Counted from the stretch's first letter, positions 1 to 11,428 are shown. The stretch: 64,000 nt of DNA from Bdellovibrionales bacterium (GCA_965262715.1 OZ253553.1:928001-992000), one strand, 5' to 3'. Numbers and translations: made by a program. The notes: generated by a model not told the origin, from the sequence alone.

Positions 1-1212
1 CCCTATTTAGCAAGACATTTTGATGCAAGTGGTTTTGAGATAGGGCTACTTATGTTCACTTATGCTGGGGTGCAATTTTGCTTTTCTCCTATTTGGGGTT
101 ATTTAAGTGATCTTTTTGGAAGACGGCCTGTTTTGCTTTTAAGTTTATTAGGTTCTGCTATTGCTCATCTATCAATGGCTTTTTCTTCAGCTTTATGGAT
201 GCTGTTTTTTGCAAGAGCTCTAGCGGGATTCTTTGGTGCCAGTATTTCAGTGGCAACAGCTTATATTGCAGATGTCACACACTCAACTGATAGAGCTAAA
301 AATATGGGAATTATTGGAGCTGCTTTTGGCTTAGGTTTTGTTTTAGGACCAGCTATTTCTGGAACTCTTTCTTATTTGAGCACAGACTGGGGTTTTAACC
401 ATCCTTTTGCAATAGCCTTTCCTGCTTTAGGAGCTAGTTTCATTTGTTTTTCGAATTTAATTTTTGCATATTTTAAATTACCTGAAAGTAAAAAAGAAGT
501 ACTTTCTCCTGATACATCTGATACAAACAAACAAATACAAAAATCTCAAAATCAATCAATAGGCAGTCAACAAAAAATAATTCACTTTTTTAAAAAACTT
601 ATATCTTATAGCAAACATCCTATATTAGGCAGGCTGTTATTAGCAGAAATGCTTTTGACGATAGGTATGGGACAGATGGAGGCGACTCTTGCCTTGTTTT
701 TGAAAGAAGTTTTTTCATGGTCTATTACAACCACTAGTTTTGCCTATGTTTATATTGGATTAATGATGGCATTTAGTTATGGATTTTTAATACGTAAACT
801 TATGCCTCTTTATGGAGAAAAAAATCTTTTATTAACAGGTATCATTATGAGTGTATTTGCGATGTTGACAATGGGGCTTTCGTTTTTTATGTGGAGCTAT
901 ATTGTTTTATTATTTGGTGTGACTCTTTTAGCTTTAGGCAATGGTATTTTTACACCTGCTCTTTTAGGGGCCATCAGTTTAACAAGTAAAGAGTCAGAAC
1001 AAGGTCGTGTGATGGGTATATACCAAAGTTATATGTCTATAGGCCGTATGATAGGAGCAGTGCTTGGAGGTTTTCTTTTTGATCGATTAGCTGCTTTGCC
1101 ATATTTCAGTGCCTCTTTTGTTATGTTGGTAGCCTTCATTCTTATTGTACCTATCTATTCTCAATTGCCAAACAATAAAGTAAACAAAAAAAAGGTAATA
1201 ACTAATGAATAG
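1..1212 (+). CDS. MFS transporter, TetA/DHA1-like (5' end lies before the window)
   Basis: Motif A GYLSDLFGRRPVL and motif C GAAFGLGFVLGP; the frame is open back to base 1 (PYLARHFDASGFEIGLLM...). Confidence 0.9.
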   Translation, partial: PYLARHFDASGFEIGLLMFTYAGVQFCFSPIWGYLSDLFGRRPVLLLSLLGSAIAHLSMAFSSALWMLFFARALAGFFGASISVATAYIADVTHSTDRAKNMGIIGAAFGLGFVLGPAISGTLSYLSTDWGFNHPFAIAFPALGASFICFSNLIFAYFKLPESKKEVLSPDTSDTNKQIQKSQNQSIGSQQKIIHFFKKLISYSKHPILGRLLLAEMLLTIGMGQMEATLALFLKEVFSWSITTTSFAYVYIGLMMAFSYGFLIRKLMPLYGEKNLLLTGIIMSVFAMLTMGLSFFMWSYIVLLFGVTLLALGNGIFTPALLGAISLTSKESEQGRVMGIYQSYMSIGRMIGAVLGGFLFDRLAALPYFSASFVMLVAFILIVPIYSQLPNNKVNKKKVITNE

Positions 1213-3739
1213 CTTGTATCTTGTAGACGTCAGCTGTCTATATTTTCGCTCTTACTATGCTATTCGCTCATTAAATACATCTAAAGGATTTCCTACAAAT
1301 GCTCTTTATGGATTTCTTAAAACAACAGTTAAATTACTTACAGAGGTTAATCCGAAATTTTTAGCTTACTGTTTTGATCACAAAGGACCTAGTTTTCGCA
1401 AGCAAATATACGAACCTTATAAGGCAAATCGAAGTGAGATGCCAGAGGATCTTCAAATGCAAGTTCCTTATATTGAAAAAATTACAAAAGCTTTAGGTAT
1501 TAGCATCTTTGATAAAAAAGAATTTGAAGCTGATGATATTATCGGAACACTTTGCAAGTGGGGTGAGTCCAAAAACTTTCAGGTTGTTATTATCAGTAGT
1601 GATAAAGATTTTGCTCAGCTTGTCAATACAAATGTCACACTTTGGGATACATTTAAAAATATCAAATACGACCCTCAAAAAGTTTTCAAAAAGTGGGGAG
1701 TTCATCCTCATCAAATGATTGATTATTTGGCTCTTTGCGGAGATGCTTCAGATAATATTCCTGGTGTTTATGGTATAGGACCTAAGGCGGCTCAAAGTTT
1801 ACTTTCTAGTTACTCCTGTTTAGAGAATGTTTATCAAAACATAGACAAAATCAACAGTAAAAAACAAAAACAAAATTTGTTATCCTCTCAAAAAGAAGCT
1901 TTTTTATCTAAAGATTTAGTCACAATTCGAACAGATATCCCATTTGATCTCAGACTAGAAAGTCTTCATCTAAAAGATACTCATAAAAAAGAATTAGAAA
2001 AAATTTTAGAAGACTTAGAATTTAAATCCTTCCAAGATGCTTTATTACCATCATCTTCTAAAGTTATTGAGGATAAAGATTCTACATCAATAACAAAAGA
2101 CTCCATTGAACATTTAACATTAAATAAAGCAAAAAAATTACTAAATAAAAAAGATGTGCTTTGGGGTTTTATGGTAGAAGATAATATTTTATTAGGTATA
2201 GATTCTAATACTTTCCTGGTGAATCTAGAAGATAAAGATCTCATTTTACATTTAGAATCTTTAGATTTAAATTGGAAAGGTTTTGATCTTAAAGATTTTT
2301 GGAGAAAGTTAAAGCTTCAGAAAACACAAAATGCTAAATGGAGCAGTCTCTTAGCTGCTTATATCATTTTCTCTGAAAAAATTGTATCTTTAGAAGACCT
2401 TTATGAAAAACTAAGAGATAGTAAAGATATTGATTTGAATAAGCCTTTTTCTTCTGCTTCTTACCAAGATATTTATAAATTGCACTTAACCTTAGAATCT
2501 GTGCTTAAAAAGAAGCTAAAAGAGCTGGACCCATCTCATATTTATCAAAAAATAGAACTACCTCTTTTACCCATATTGTTTGATATGGAAAGATATGGTT
2601 TTCTAATTGATACAGAATATTTATTACATCAAAGCAAATATCTAAAAAAAGAGATCGATCAAATAGAAGCAAAAATTTACACTGAAGCTGATATGGACTT
2701 TAATATTGCAAGTCCTAAACAGTTAGCTCATGTTTTATTTGAAAAATTAAATCTACCTATTATTAAAAAAATTAAAACAGGCCCATCTACAGAATCTTCT
2801 GTATTAGAAGCACTAACTCACATTCACCCTATTGCAAAAGATATTATTGAATTTAGAAGGCTTGTGAAGTTAAAATCGACCTATATTGATGCTTTGCCAC
2901 AGCTTGTAGATCCTCAAACCCAGCGTATTCATACACATTTTAATCAAGCTACAGTCACGACAGGCAGGCTTTCAAGTTCTTCTCCTAACCTGCAAAATAT
3001 TCCTATTAAAACAAAAATGGTACGTCAGGCATTTATTGCCCCAAAAGAAAGCTATTTAGTTTCTTCAGATTATTCGCAAATAGAACTAAGAATCATGGCA
3101 CATCTAAGCAATGACCCAGGATTAAAAAAGGCTTTTGAAGATGATATGGATATACATGCTGCAACGGCAATGGAAATTTTTTCTGATACAGAAGATAAAA
3201 AAAATGCAAAAGAAAGAAGAATTATTGCAAAGGCTGTTAACTTTGGATTGGCTTATGGACAGACAGCTTTTGGACTTTCTAAAGTGTTACAAATCACTCA
3301 AGGCAAGGCAAAGGAAATTATTGAACGTTATTTTGAGAAATTTCCAAACGTCAAGACTTACACTCTAGAGATCATAGATTTTGCTAAAAAGCATGGTTAT
3401 GTTGAAACTTTATTTGGCAGAAGAAGGTATATTCCAGAGTTGCATTCTAAAAATGGCCTAAAACAAAAATCTGGAGAAAGAGCTGCCATAAATGCTCCTT
3501 TGCAAGGATCAGCAAGTGATATTGTGAAAAAGGCTATGATAAGTTTATTTAAAGAAGTAGAAAGCCCAATGATTCTACAAGTTCATGATGAGTTGGTCTT
3601 TGAAGTTCCATCAAATAAAGTTAAGAGTGAGATTTTGATCATTAAAGATATTATGGAAAATATTGTTAAATTAAATGTTCCTTTAAAGGTCAATATTAAG
3701 TCAGGTCATAATTGGAATGAGGAACTTGAACTTTTTTAA
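1205..3739 (+). CDS. polA: DNA polymerase I
   Basis: 5'-3' exonuclease motifs (EADDIIGT, DKDFAQL, GDASDNIPGV) and Pol A motifs TGRLSS, DYSQIELR, KAVNFGLAYG, QVHDEL. Confidence 0.98.
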   Translation: MNSLYLVDVSCLYFRSYYAIRSLNTSKGFPTNALYGFLKTTVKLLTEVNPKFLAYCFDHKGPSFRKQIYEPYKANRSEMPEDLQMQVPYIEKITKALGISIFDKKEFEADDIIGTLCKWGESKNFQVVIISSDKDFAQLVNTNVTLWDTFKNIKYDPQKVFKKWGVHPHQMIDYLALCGDASDNIPGVYGIGPKAAQSLLSSYSCLENVYQNIDKINSKKQKQNLLSSQKEAFLSKDLVTIRTDIPFDLRLESLHLKDTHKKELEKILEDLEFKSFQDALLPSSSKVIEDKDSTSITKDSIEHLTLNKAKKLLNKKDVLWGFMVEDNILLGIDSNTFLVNLEDKDLILHLESLDLNWKGFDLKDFWRKLKLQKTQNAKWSSLLAAYIIFSEKIVSLEDLYEKLRDSKDIDLNKPFSSASYQDIYKLHLTLESVLKKKLKELDPSHIYQKIELPLLPILFDMERYGFLIDTEYLLHQSKYLKKEIDQIEAKIYTEADMDFNIASPKQLAHVLFEKLNLPIIKKIKTGPSTESSVLEALTHIHPIAKDIIEFRRLVKLKSTYIDALPQLVDPQTQRIHTHFNQATVTTGRLSSSSPNLQNIPIKTKMVRQAFIAPKESYLVSSDYSQIELRIMAHLSNDPGLKKAFEDDMDIHAATAMEIFSDTEDKKNAKERRIIAKAVNFGLAYGQTAFGLSKVLQITQGKAKEIIERYFEKFPNVKTYTLEIIDFAKKHGYVETLFGRRRYIPELHSKNGLKQKSGERAAINAPLQGSASDIVKKAMISLFKEVESPMILQVHDELVFEVPSNKVKSEILIIKDIMENIVKLNVPLKVNIKSGHNWNEELELF

Positions 3740-3756
3740 AATGAAGAAACTTTGAG

Positions 3757-4731
3757 ATGATTTTTAATATCTTACTTGGAATCACAGTTAATTTTATTTG
3801 GGGACTTGCCTTTCTGATCCCATATATAACTAAATCTACAATCGACCCTATACTTCTAGCTACTGGACGTTATGGGGTATATGGTTTGCTTTCTATTATT
3901 TTAATGATGACCTTATATCGATCTGTGCTCCAAACGCTTTGTTATAAAGATTGGCTCTGGGCTATTGCTTTTGCTTTTACAGGAAACGTTGGCTATTATA
4001 TACTTCTCATCTTATCTATAAGGTTTAGTGATATAACTACAGCTGCCTTAATTCTTGGCCTAACACCAATTACTTTTATTATTTACGGAAATATCCTACA
4101 ACGTGAATTTTCTTTTCGACAATTATTTATCCCTCTTATATTGATATTTACAGGACTTATTTCACTTTATTGGAGTAAGTTATCTGCTGCTCAAGACATT
4201 AACGAGATGGAGAATATTTTTTTAGGTATCTTCTTTGCGCTGATTGCTCTTTTTTTATGGACATGGTATGGGGTTCAAAATGCTAAATATCTAAAACAAA
4301 AACAAGGTAGTCGGTCTTTGCTTAGAGATTCTGACTGGTCAGTAGCTATAGGTGTTTGCACTTTTGGAATAACAATTTTAATTTTATTTATTTTTTCTAT
4401 CACTGGAATTTGGGATCCTTTTGTTGTAATAAAAACTTTTAAAACAGTCCAATTAACTATGATCTATATAGGAGTAAGTCTTGTGTTAGGTATTCTTGTA
4501 TCTTATTATGCAACTGTTTTGTGGAATCGCCTCTCTCGAACACTTCCTGTCAGTCTTGTTGGACAGCTGCTTGTATTTGAAACTATATCAAGTATATTAT
4601 ATGGAGCAGCAGTGGATTGGACGCTTCCTCCAATAAATGAGCTCCTATCAATATGTATTATTTTACTAGGAGTTATATTTGGTATACGTATTATTTATCA
4701 ATCTTCTAGCAGGTGTATCGTAAAGCCTTAG
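3757..4731 (+). CDS. DMT/EamA family transporter
   Basis: About 10 hydrophobic helices; IWGLAF N-terminus and GQLLVFET motif. Confidence 0.8.
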   Translation: MIFNILLGITVNFIWGLAFLIPYITKSTIDPILLATGRYGVYGLLSIILMMTLYRSVLQTLCYKDWLWAIAFAFTGNVGYYILLILSIRFSDITTAALILGLTPITFIIYGNILQREFSFRQLFIPLILIFTGLISLYWSKLSAAQDINEMENIFLGIFFALIALFLWTWYGVQNAKYLKQKQGSRSLLRDSDWSVAIGVCTFGITILILFIFSITGIWDPFVVIKTFKTVQLTMIYIGVSLVLGILVSYYATVLWNRLSRTLPVSLVGQLLVFETISSILYGAAVDWTLPPINELLSICIILLGVIFGIRIIYQSSSRCIVKP

Positions 4732-4877
4732 TTAAAAAGACTCATAACTAGAACTAGTCTCAAAAATAAGTTTTGTATTTTACAATTCGAGTTAAAAGTT
4801 AAAATAACAAATCATCATTACTCCGGGATCTGGCATCATTACCATTCACTTCAATTCTTTTTTCGTCATGAATTAAG

Positions 4878-4895
4878 TTGGCAAGAAAGTTGCTA
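4878..4895 (+). promoter_or_regulatory. sigma54-type -24/-12 promoter
   Basis: TTGGCAAGAAAGTTGCT with GG-N10-GC spacing; palindrome TTGTATTTTACAA about 100 bp upstream. Confidence 0.65.
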
Positions 4896-4928
4896 CATTA
4901 CCTATACCTAATGCTAAAAGGAGGGATT

Positions 4929-6416
4929 ATGTGGGTTTTATTTAAATATATTTACACAATGTCCGGATTATTCGGGTTTTTATTGATCCTATCTTCATGT
5001 AATGCATCGCACAACTCTGATTCAACCTCAAGTGTATGGTCATTAGATGATGCTACTGCCAACGCGGTATTTAAAGTTGAAAGAAGGATCAAATCTGATT
5101 TGTCATCTTTTTATTCTATAGAGGACCGTATTATGTTTGTAAGCCGTCAGAATAGAAATCAAGCTTATGATCAGATTCAATCTGTTCATGTTGATGGGGA
5201 GTGTTATGGTGAACTGGGTCGTTCCTTTAAAATCAATAAAGTTATGCTGTCAAATGTTTTTTCTTTTTATACATTCCTATCTTTAGAGCAATTACAAACT
5301 CATTCAAATAGGCGTATTTCTAGTTTAAAGAAAGATATAGATCAAGCTTATCAATGTCATTTTTCATTTATAGGAGCTACTGCGGATGGTTCTACAAAGT
5401 CTATTCAAAATATCAGGGTAGAAATTCCAAAAAGGCCAAGGGGTGGTATTACCATACATCATAGAGATGATCGAAATAGAGTTAGACCTAGTGAGAAGCT
5501 TGAATTTACAGAATTAGATTTAAAAAATTATCATGTCACAGTTCTCAGTTCTTCACCAAGCGCAAAGATGACTTTGAAGTGTTCAGATTTTCAAGAGAGT
5601 GTTCTATTTGATTTTAGAAATAACTCTAAGAGAAGTTTAGCTTCAATCTTTAATTTACAAAAACATTATTCTTTACTACTGGCCAATCCTTTACAACATT
5701 GTCATATCACTTATGGGAAGTTTGGAGATCCTTATTGGGCATGGTCAAAGTCTTTTAAACTTCTTTTCCAAGAAGCTTTTGAGGCTACATTTGATTTAAC
5801 GTTTAATCTAAAAAGAATAATTAGTCCATCTACTTCACAGGTAGATCAAAGAGAAAAAGCTTTTTGGATTCAATTAGGTATATTAGAGGTCAGTAATCCT
5901 TTTTCTGAGCCTATGATTATTTTTATGATCAAAGATCATAATAGTTATTTAAATGCTCATATTTACTATCTAGAAGATAAAAATAACTTAAGTTATAAAG
6001 CTGATGATGAGCTCATTAAAAAAGAAAGACATGATATATTTTTGCAATTTGCGCAAACAGGAAATCATCAAAGATCTCAAAATAGTGATAGATTAGATAT
6101 CTTTGGTGGACAAAACTATGCCTTTTATGTAGATTCTAAATCTTCTATAACAAAACGGATTGTTATAAAAACTTTAGATGAAAGCTATTATAGTAATGAT
6201 AAAGTATTAGGCGTTGAAGTTGTAAAATCAGAGAACCCAAATCATGATAGTTTTTTCAAACTTTATTTTCACAATAGTAGAGGAATTTCTATTTTACCTA
6301 TTTTTGATGAATTTAAGGATGAGGTTCTTGTATCAATATGCGCCTTTAGATTGTGCCATAGAGCTTTTGATGCTATGTTATACAACAACAGAATAAGAAC
6401 AGGCCAGATACTTTGA
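4929..6416 (+). CDS. hypothetical lipoprotein
   Basis: Long ORF; ATG at 4929 after GGAGGG; hydrophobic stretch ending in lipobox LSSC. Confidence 0.65.
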   Translation: MWVLFKYIYTMSGLFGFLLILSSCNASHNSDSTSSVWSLDDATANAVFKVERRIKSDLSSFYSIEDRIMFVSRQNRNQAYDQIQSVHVDGECYGELGRSFKINKVMLSNVFSFYTFLSLEQLQTHSNRRISSLKKDIDQAYQCHFSFIGATADGSTKSIQNIRVEIPKRPRGGITIHHRDDRNRVRPSEKLEFTELDLKNYHVTVLSSSPSAKMTLKCSDFQESVLFDFRNNSKRSLASIFNLQKHYSLLLANPLQHCHITYGKFGDPYWAWSKSFKLLFQEAFEATFDLTFNLKRIISPSTSQVDQREKAFWIQLGILEVSNPFSEPMIIFMIKDHNSYLNAHIYYLEDKNNLSYKADDELIKKERHDIFLQFAQTGNHQRSQNSDRLDIFGGQNYAFYVDSKSSITKRIVIKTLDESYYSNDKVLGVEVVKSENPNHDSFFKLYFHNSRGISILPIFDEFKDEVLVSICAFRLCHRAFDAMLYNNRIRTGQIL

Positions 6417-6499
6417 GTGTATAAATAAGCTTAAATTATTTTAAATATTCATAATTCTTAGATTGGCTTTGATATTTATAAAAAGACCGAGTCATCTTC

Positions 6500-6720
6500 A
6501 TTAACATGTTGTAAAAAAACAAGAGGAGTCTTGCTCTTAAAAAGAGTTAGCCTTTCTAGGCAGTCAGCTTTTTACGACGACAAAAGTCGTCGAGCTTACT
6601 GCCAGAAAGTTGCTAGAGGCTCGCCTCGAGAGGTTCGCCTCGAGAGGTTCGCCTCAAGAGGTTTGCTTCGAGAAGCAAGAGGCATTTTACTGAAACAGAG
6701 GCTGGTTCATTTTAAGTGAA
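6500..6720 (+). repeat. structured palindromic repeat, copy A, with 14-bp tandem units TCGCCTCGAGAGGT
   Basis: Long hairpin TTTCTAGGCAGTCAGC...GCTTACTGCCAGAAA followed by tandem units at 6621-6676; homologous to 35275-35415 and 55621-55807. Confidence 0.75.
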
Positions 6721-6837
6721 GCAGACCTTTGACTTACAATATAATTGTGTGTGAAGATTTAGTTATGGAAATAAGTTACCAACATATAAATTTATGTCAT
6801 AAGATATAAAAAATGTATTAAGTTCCTATGTGAGAAA

Positions 6838-7914
6838 ATGTCAGCAGAACACAAATCATTTTTCAATGAACCTCTTATTTTTTCATCTAATATTTTATGG
6901 CTTGGTTTTATTCTTATTACTATTATTGTATTTTTTGTAGTAAGGCACCATCAAAAGAGTGAATTTAATTGGCAAGCAAGTTCTTTAAAAGAGTATTGCC
7001 AAGAGCAACAACAAAACCGACTTCAAAGATTAAGTCAGTTCAATGATGAATTAATGAACTACGCAATTGCAGCCAGAGACGATAGAGCATCTATTGTTTC
7101 AAAAGAATATTTATCTCATAGAAATATTTTACGATTTATTTTATTTAGCGGTAGCCAGTCTTATTCTATTGAGAAGCACTGGTATAGAGAAAATACATTA
7201 GAAAATCAGTCTATTACTAAATTTCATATAAAAGATCTAATATTTTGGTTAAGTAAAGAAGTGTATTCTTTGGATATCCAACATCCTATGTATTTTTTAG
7301 ATTCTCCTTTTAAAAACATGCTTGTTATTGTTCCTTTAACAATTCCATCTAAGACAAATGCCCATACCAACAAAGAAATTGCTATTTTTGAAATAGAAAA
7401 AGAAGCTCTTGCTATAGCAATGGGGGAATCTGAAATATGCTCTTATGCGATATTGAATCACAAAGGGCAAGCTTTGTTCAACAATGAACTTGATCGCCTT
7501 CCTTCTTTATTAGCTTTAGAGCCTTCTGCTAAAGGAGAAGTATGGGTTAAAGGCGATAAGGGGGAGGATCTTATTATATTTGAGCAACACTCTTCTTCTA
7601 TTTTAATAGCGCATAAAATTTTATTCCAAAATCTTTATCAAAGCCAGCAAGCATATTTAAAAAATGCTATTTTTATTTTAGGAGTTATTTATTTAATTTG
7701 GTGTCTTATTATTGTGCTGATATCTATTTCTATCAGTCGTCCTTTAGAAAGGTTTAGACAATCTCTTTCTCTGTTATCAAAAGGTGACTTTCGGTCTATA
7801 CCTCGACTACTACTTAAAGGAGAATTAGGTCAAATGGAAAAAACCATTGTTGAAATGAGTGAAACACTACAAAGGCAACAGAAAAAAAGATCCCCTCGTA
7901 ATAAAGGCCGGTGA
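6838..7914 (+). CDS. membrane sensor-like protein (2 TM, extracytoplasmic domain, C-terminal HAMP), no output domain
   Basis: ISRPLERF...GDF...GELGQM HAMP pattern after the second TM helix. Confidence 0.65.
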   Translation: MSAEHKSFFNEPLIFSSNILWLGFILITIIVFFVVRHHQKSEFNWQASSLKEYCQEQQQNRLQRLSQFNDELMNYAIAARDDRASIVSKEYLSHRNILRFILFSGSQSYSIEKHWYRENTLENQSITKFHIKDLIFWLSKEVYSLDIQHPMYFLDSPFKNMLVIVPLTIPSKTNAHTNKEIAIFEIEKEALAIAMGESEICSYAILNHKGQALFNNELDRLPSLLALEPSAKGEVWVKGDKGEDLIIFEQHSSSILIAHKILFQNLYQSQQAYLKNAIFILGVIYLIWCLIIVLISISISRPLERFRQSLSLLSKGDFRSIPRLLLKGELGQMEKTIVEMSETLQRQQKKRSPRNKGR

Positions 7915-8090
7915 TACGCATTAAAAAAATAGACTTTTATATTGCAAGTTTTACAGCAAAAGGTACAGGGCAAGTAATATGAGTCAACAAGACTTATATA
8001 TAATGGTAAAATTTTTAATATTCTTAAAAAAAGATAAAACAACTAAGCTATTTCTCAGGATTTTTTGATATTTCTCAAAAAGGTTATTTT

Positions 8091-8606
8091 ATGAGCTTAA
8101 GGTATATTTCATTTGCATATCTTTTATTTTATATAGTAGTTTTTTTTTCTACAGATGTATTTGCCATGGTTAAAAAATTACAGTTAGAATCTCATCTTAC
8201 AAAGCAAATAGAGTCTATTTTAAACACTTCACAATTACTGCACCAAAGTCTTATAAGCGAGGAGAACATTCAAATCAAATTACATCTCTCTCACATTGCA
8301 AGTCTTATATCTTCAGCAAGTCAGACTTCTTACAGGAATACAAAGACACTTCACCTAAGACATATTTTACAAAATACTAAAAAAGCTGTAGAGCAAGCCA
8401 GTTTACATGGAAAAAGATCTCTCATAAGGCAAAATATTAAGAGTATGTTTGATGAGCTTGTCGTGCTTTCACAGGTCTACAAATTAAATTCCAGATATCC
8501 TATTTATTTCTGTGATAAAGATAAATCTGTTTGGCTTCAAAAAGCTGGCAGGATTAGAAATCCTATTCATTCACATTATTCTCTTTGCGGATATATGGTA
8601 AATTAA
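8091..8606 (+). CDS. exported protein, DUF3347-like
   Basis: Signal peptide; C-terminal YFC...WLQ...IRNP...CG pattern. Confidence 0.5.
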   Translation: MSLRYISFAYLLFYIVVFFSTDVFAMVKKLQLESHLTKQIESILNTSQLLHQSLISEENIQIKLHLSHIASLISSASQTSYRNTKTLHLRHILQNTKKAVEQASLHGKRSLIRQNIKSMFDELVVLSQVYKLNSRYPIYFCDKDKSVWLQKAGRIRNPIHSHYSLCGYMVN

Positions 8607-8642
8607 AATGAGATCAACACATCTTTAAGGTTCATTATAAAT

Positions 8643-9227
8643 ATGTCTCAATCAACTTTGGTTTTTTTAGGACTTATTGGAGGTATACTTTTTATTTTTA
8701 TAACAAATCCTCCACACACTATTTGTCATTCACAGTTAAATGAATTGACGAGTCAGCACACTCCTTTTTTTATTTTAGACAAAACTTTAAAATTTCAAGA
8801 GAAAACTGACTACCAGAGGTCCTTTGAATCTTGCCAGGATAGTAACAGCCCAGGTGCTTGCTTAAACTTATTTAATAGTGTAAAAGATCTTGTTTCTACT
8901 TTAGAGGCTCTACCTGGAGATTGTTCAAATCTTTGTGGTCAAAAAGCATTTAATGAACCTTTATGGGAGACAATGGAGATTATGGTTCGTATTGGCTGGG
9001 GAGAGCAAGCGCCTGAAAACATCTATGAACGCAGTAAATGGTTGAGTTATTCTGACTTCTCACTTTTTTGCCGAATTAAAAGGCTCCTTACTTTGTGTCA
9101 TGGCGAGGAAGAATGGAAAACACGGCAGGAGGAGATACTATCCAGCTTACCTGGTGCTGATAACATGGAAAGAAAAAATGTATGGAAACTTGCTCTTTTT
9201 GCAACAAGTTGTCAAAGAGGTTTTTAA
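8643..9227 (+). CDS. hypothetical Cys-rich membrane-anchored protein
   Basis: N-terminal TM helix and several Cys residues; ORF track. Confidence 0.6.
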   Translation: MSQSTLVFLGLIGGILFIFITNPPHTICHSQLNELTSQHTPFFILDKTLKFQEKTDYQRSFESCQDSNSPGACLNLFNSVKDLVSTLEALPGDCSNLCGQKAFNEPLWETMEIMVRIGWGEQAPENIYERSKWLSYSDFSLFCRIKRLLTLCHGEEEWKTRQEEILSSLPGADNMERKNVWKLALFATSCQRGF

Positions 9228-9315
9228 AAGTATTGGAATATTTTCATAATAATTGATTGTTTTTATGTTCATCTAAAGACACTTATGGCATAGTTAAAAT
9301 ATAGGTATTATTTTG

Positions 9316-9392
<77 letters not shown>

Positions 9393-9528
9393 ATGAAGAA
9401 ACTTGGTAAAGGATAATGCAAATAAATGAATTAACCTGCGACCCGCATAGGCAAAATTTGCGGATAGCAAATTTTGGCTGAAAAAAAGGCTCATCGCAAG
9501 ATGAGGCAGTCGCAAGTTCAAATCCTGT

Positions 9529-9707
9529 CTCCCCGACCATTTCCTTAACATTGAGTGAATGCCGTATGATAACAAAATACTCAAAATAAACTGAAACTTT
9601 TGAGACATCAGCCATTTAAGACCGTTCTAACGGTCGGGCTGATGCCCAAAAGCACACCAGAGGTGTGGTTTATTTTGAGGAAAAGATCGCAAGTTCAAAT
9701 CCTGTCT
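9529..9707 (+). repeat. ~180-bp direct repeat, copy 1 (att core plus structured palindrome)
   Basis: Near-identical to 20239-20417. Confidence 0.9.
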
Positions 9708-9825
9708 CCCCGACCATCTCTGATATTGGACGAACCTAAGACCATTAAATGTTCATTATGGCACAAGGCATAAGTTCCAAGTCCAGCAGCTTTTTTAATG
9801 TCTGAAAACCAATCTTTTTTATAGT

Positions 9826-10041
9826 TTGATTGAAAGTGTAAAGGAGGGTTATCTGATTAACCCTTATGTTATAGATGCCAAAACAGAGACCATCACACAA
9901 CTTTTATCTGAAAAAGGTTATAATGTAAAGGTTAAGAAGAAGAAGATGAACAGAGTTATTATTACAAAATTTTTGAAAAAAAAGTTTTTCCTTCAAAATT
10001 TTTTAAAACATACTCTTAGAGAGCCTTATCAGTTCAATTAA
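9826..10041 (+). pseudogene. fragment of type I restriction enzyme R subunit (EcoAI-like)
   Basis: LIESVKEGYLINPYVIDAKTETITQLLSEKGY resembles the segment between the HsdR helicase domains. Confidence 0.45.
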
Positions 10042-10254
10042 AATAAGGTAGAGAGAAGTAAAATTAATTGTTATTTGTTATTTTCTATACCTAGCTAAGT
10101 GGGTTTTTAAAAGTATTGAGAGGATAAAAAAGGATACTTTTTGTAAAAAACACTCTTTTTTTACAAAATTCAGCCATCATTAATTTTACCTTTTTAAGAT
10201 ATAATTAATGATGTCGATATTTAATTTTGTAAAATGAGCTACTTGTACAGTCAT

Positions 10255-10400
10255 TAAACCTATCAAAAAAATAGAGCACAATTTCTCTAAATTTCGCCTC
10301 TGAAACTTCCAAATGAGCGAAATACCTGTTTTTTATAATTATTATAATTATAACAATAAGTTAAACTATCCAAAGATCAACTTGATTAGTTATAAACATT
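10255..10400 (-). mobile_element. IS1595-family left-end relic
   Basis: Reverse complement matches 28920-29050 (terminal repeat plus ...SEAKFREI... codons). Confidence 0.6.
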
Positions 10401-10898
10401 AGTTTTTTATACTGAGTATTGTATATAAAAAAAATAATTGTGCAATTGTGATTAAGTAAGAGTGTACTCATTACTGTTTAAGACTTTTAATAAGTTATAC
10501 AAGGTAATTTACAAGCCCTAAAATTTATGAAACTTATTATAATTATTTTTTGTATTGTCACTTTGTCTTATTTATTTTCTCATAATTCAAATGATGTTTG
10601 TTGGTTCAACATCTTCCTTCTCTCTATTCCATTAGAAGTACTCAACTTGTCAGTGGGTCCAAGTGTTAGTTTATTATCTAAAAATGAATTTCAACATGTC
10701 CAAGCTTTAATTGGAAATCTAGAAAATGGCGAAAGTCTGAATTCATGAAGCATGAATTTGCAACCATTAAGGAAAACATAGAGAGTGTTTTTAGGGGAAC
10801 TAAGCTAGCGCGACGCATCAATTCTCGTAGTCGGCAGATTAATTTAAAGAGCTATTAATTAGTCTTGACTTTATGGGCATTCGTGTAACAATTCCCTC

Positions 10899-11102
10899 AT
10901 GGCACCAATTCTTCTAGTTGAACTCAATAATATTAACACTAAGATTCAAGAATTGCGAATTAAATTGGAGGCAGCAATGGATATAAATGACTTTCAGGAA
11001 ATTAGCATTATCGAGAAGGAGATAAGTACATTGAAGAAGCAAACTCTAGATCGGATGAAACAGCATCGTATCTATCAGTCTCCACTTCATATTGTTAATT
11101 AA
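10899..11102 (+). CDS. small coiled-coil protein, UVR-motif-like
   Basis: LRIKLEAAMDINDFQEISIIEKEI weakly resembles the UvrB/C motif. Confidence 0.35.
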   Translation: MAPILLVELNNINTKIQELRIKLEAAMDINDFQEISIIEKEISTLKKQTLDRMKQHRIYQSPLHIVN

Positions 11103-11428
11103 TTACCTTTAGCACTTTTCTTCTCTTAGCCTTTTTCTTGGCAACCTTAGCTTTCGTTTCTAATTCTTCCATCTCTACAATTGCCTGATTAAGCTTGTTT
11201 ATTTGTGTTATAAGAAGGGTTAGTTTACTATTTTTACCTTTCTCGATCATCATATCTAGTTCTTCTAGGTCTGCTTTGGTCAAAGTATTGCTTGCAATAA
11301 CAGATTTTACCCAGCTCAATAGTTCTTGTGAGAAGACATATTCGGGGACATTCAATTTATAGACTTCATTTGGCTCAAATGAGTAACCGTGTGCTCTTAG
11401 ATTAATATTTGCACTATCAACTTGTAAC

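Noticed and set aside
2080..2560. Degenerate 3'-5' exonuclease region of PolA
   Set aside because: Loss of proofreading motifs is common in bacterial PolA
1493..3368. Short ORFs nested in polA, and similar ones inside other long genes
   Set aside because: They are shadow frames with no motifs or RBS
6531..6719. 62-aa ORF
   Set aside because: It lies wholly within a palindromic repeat
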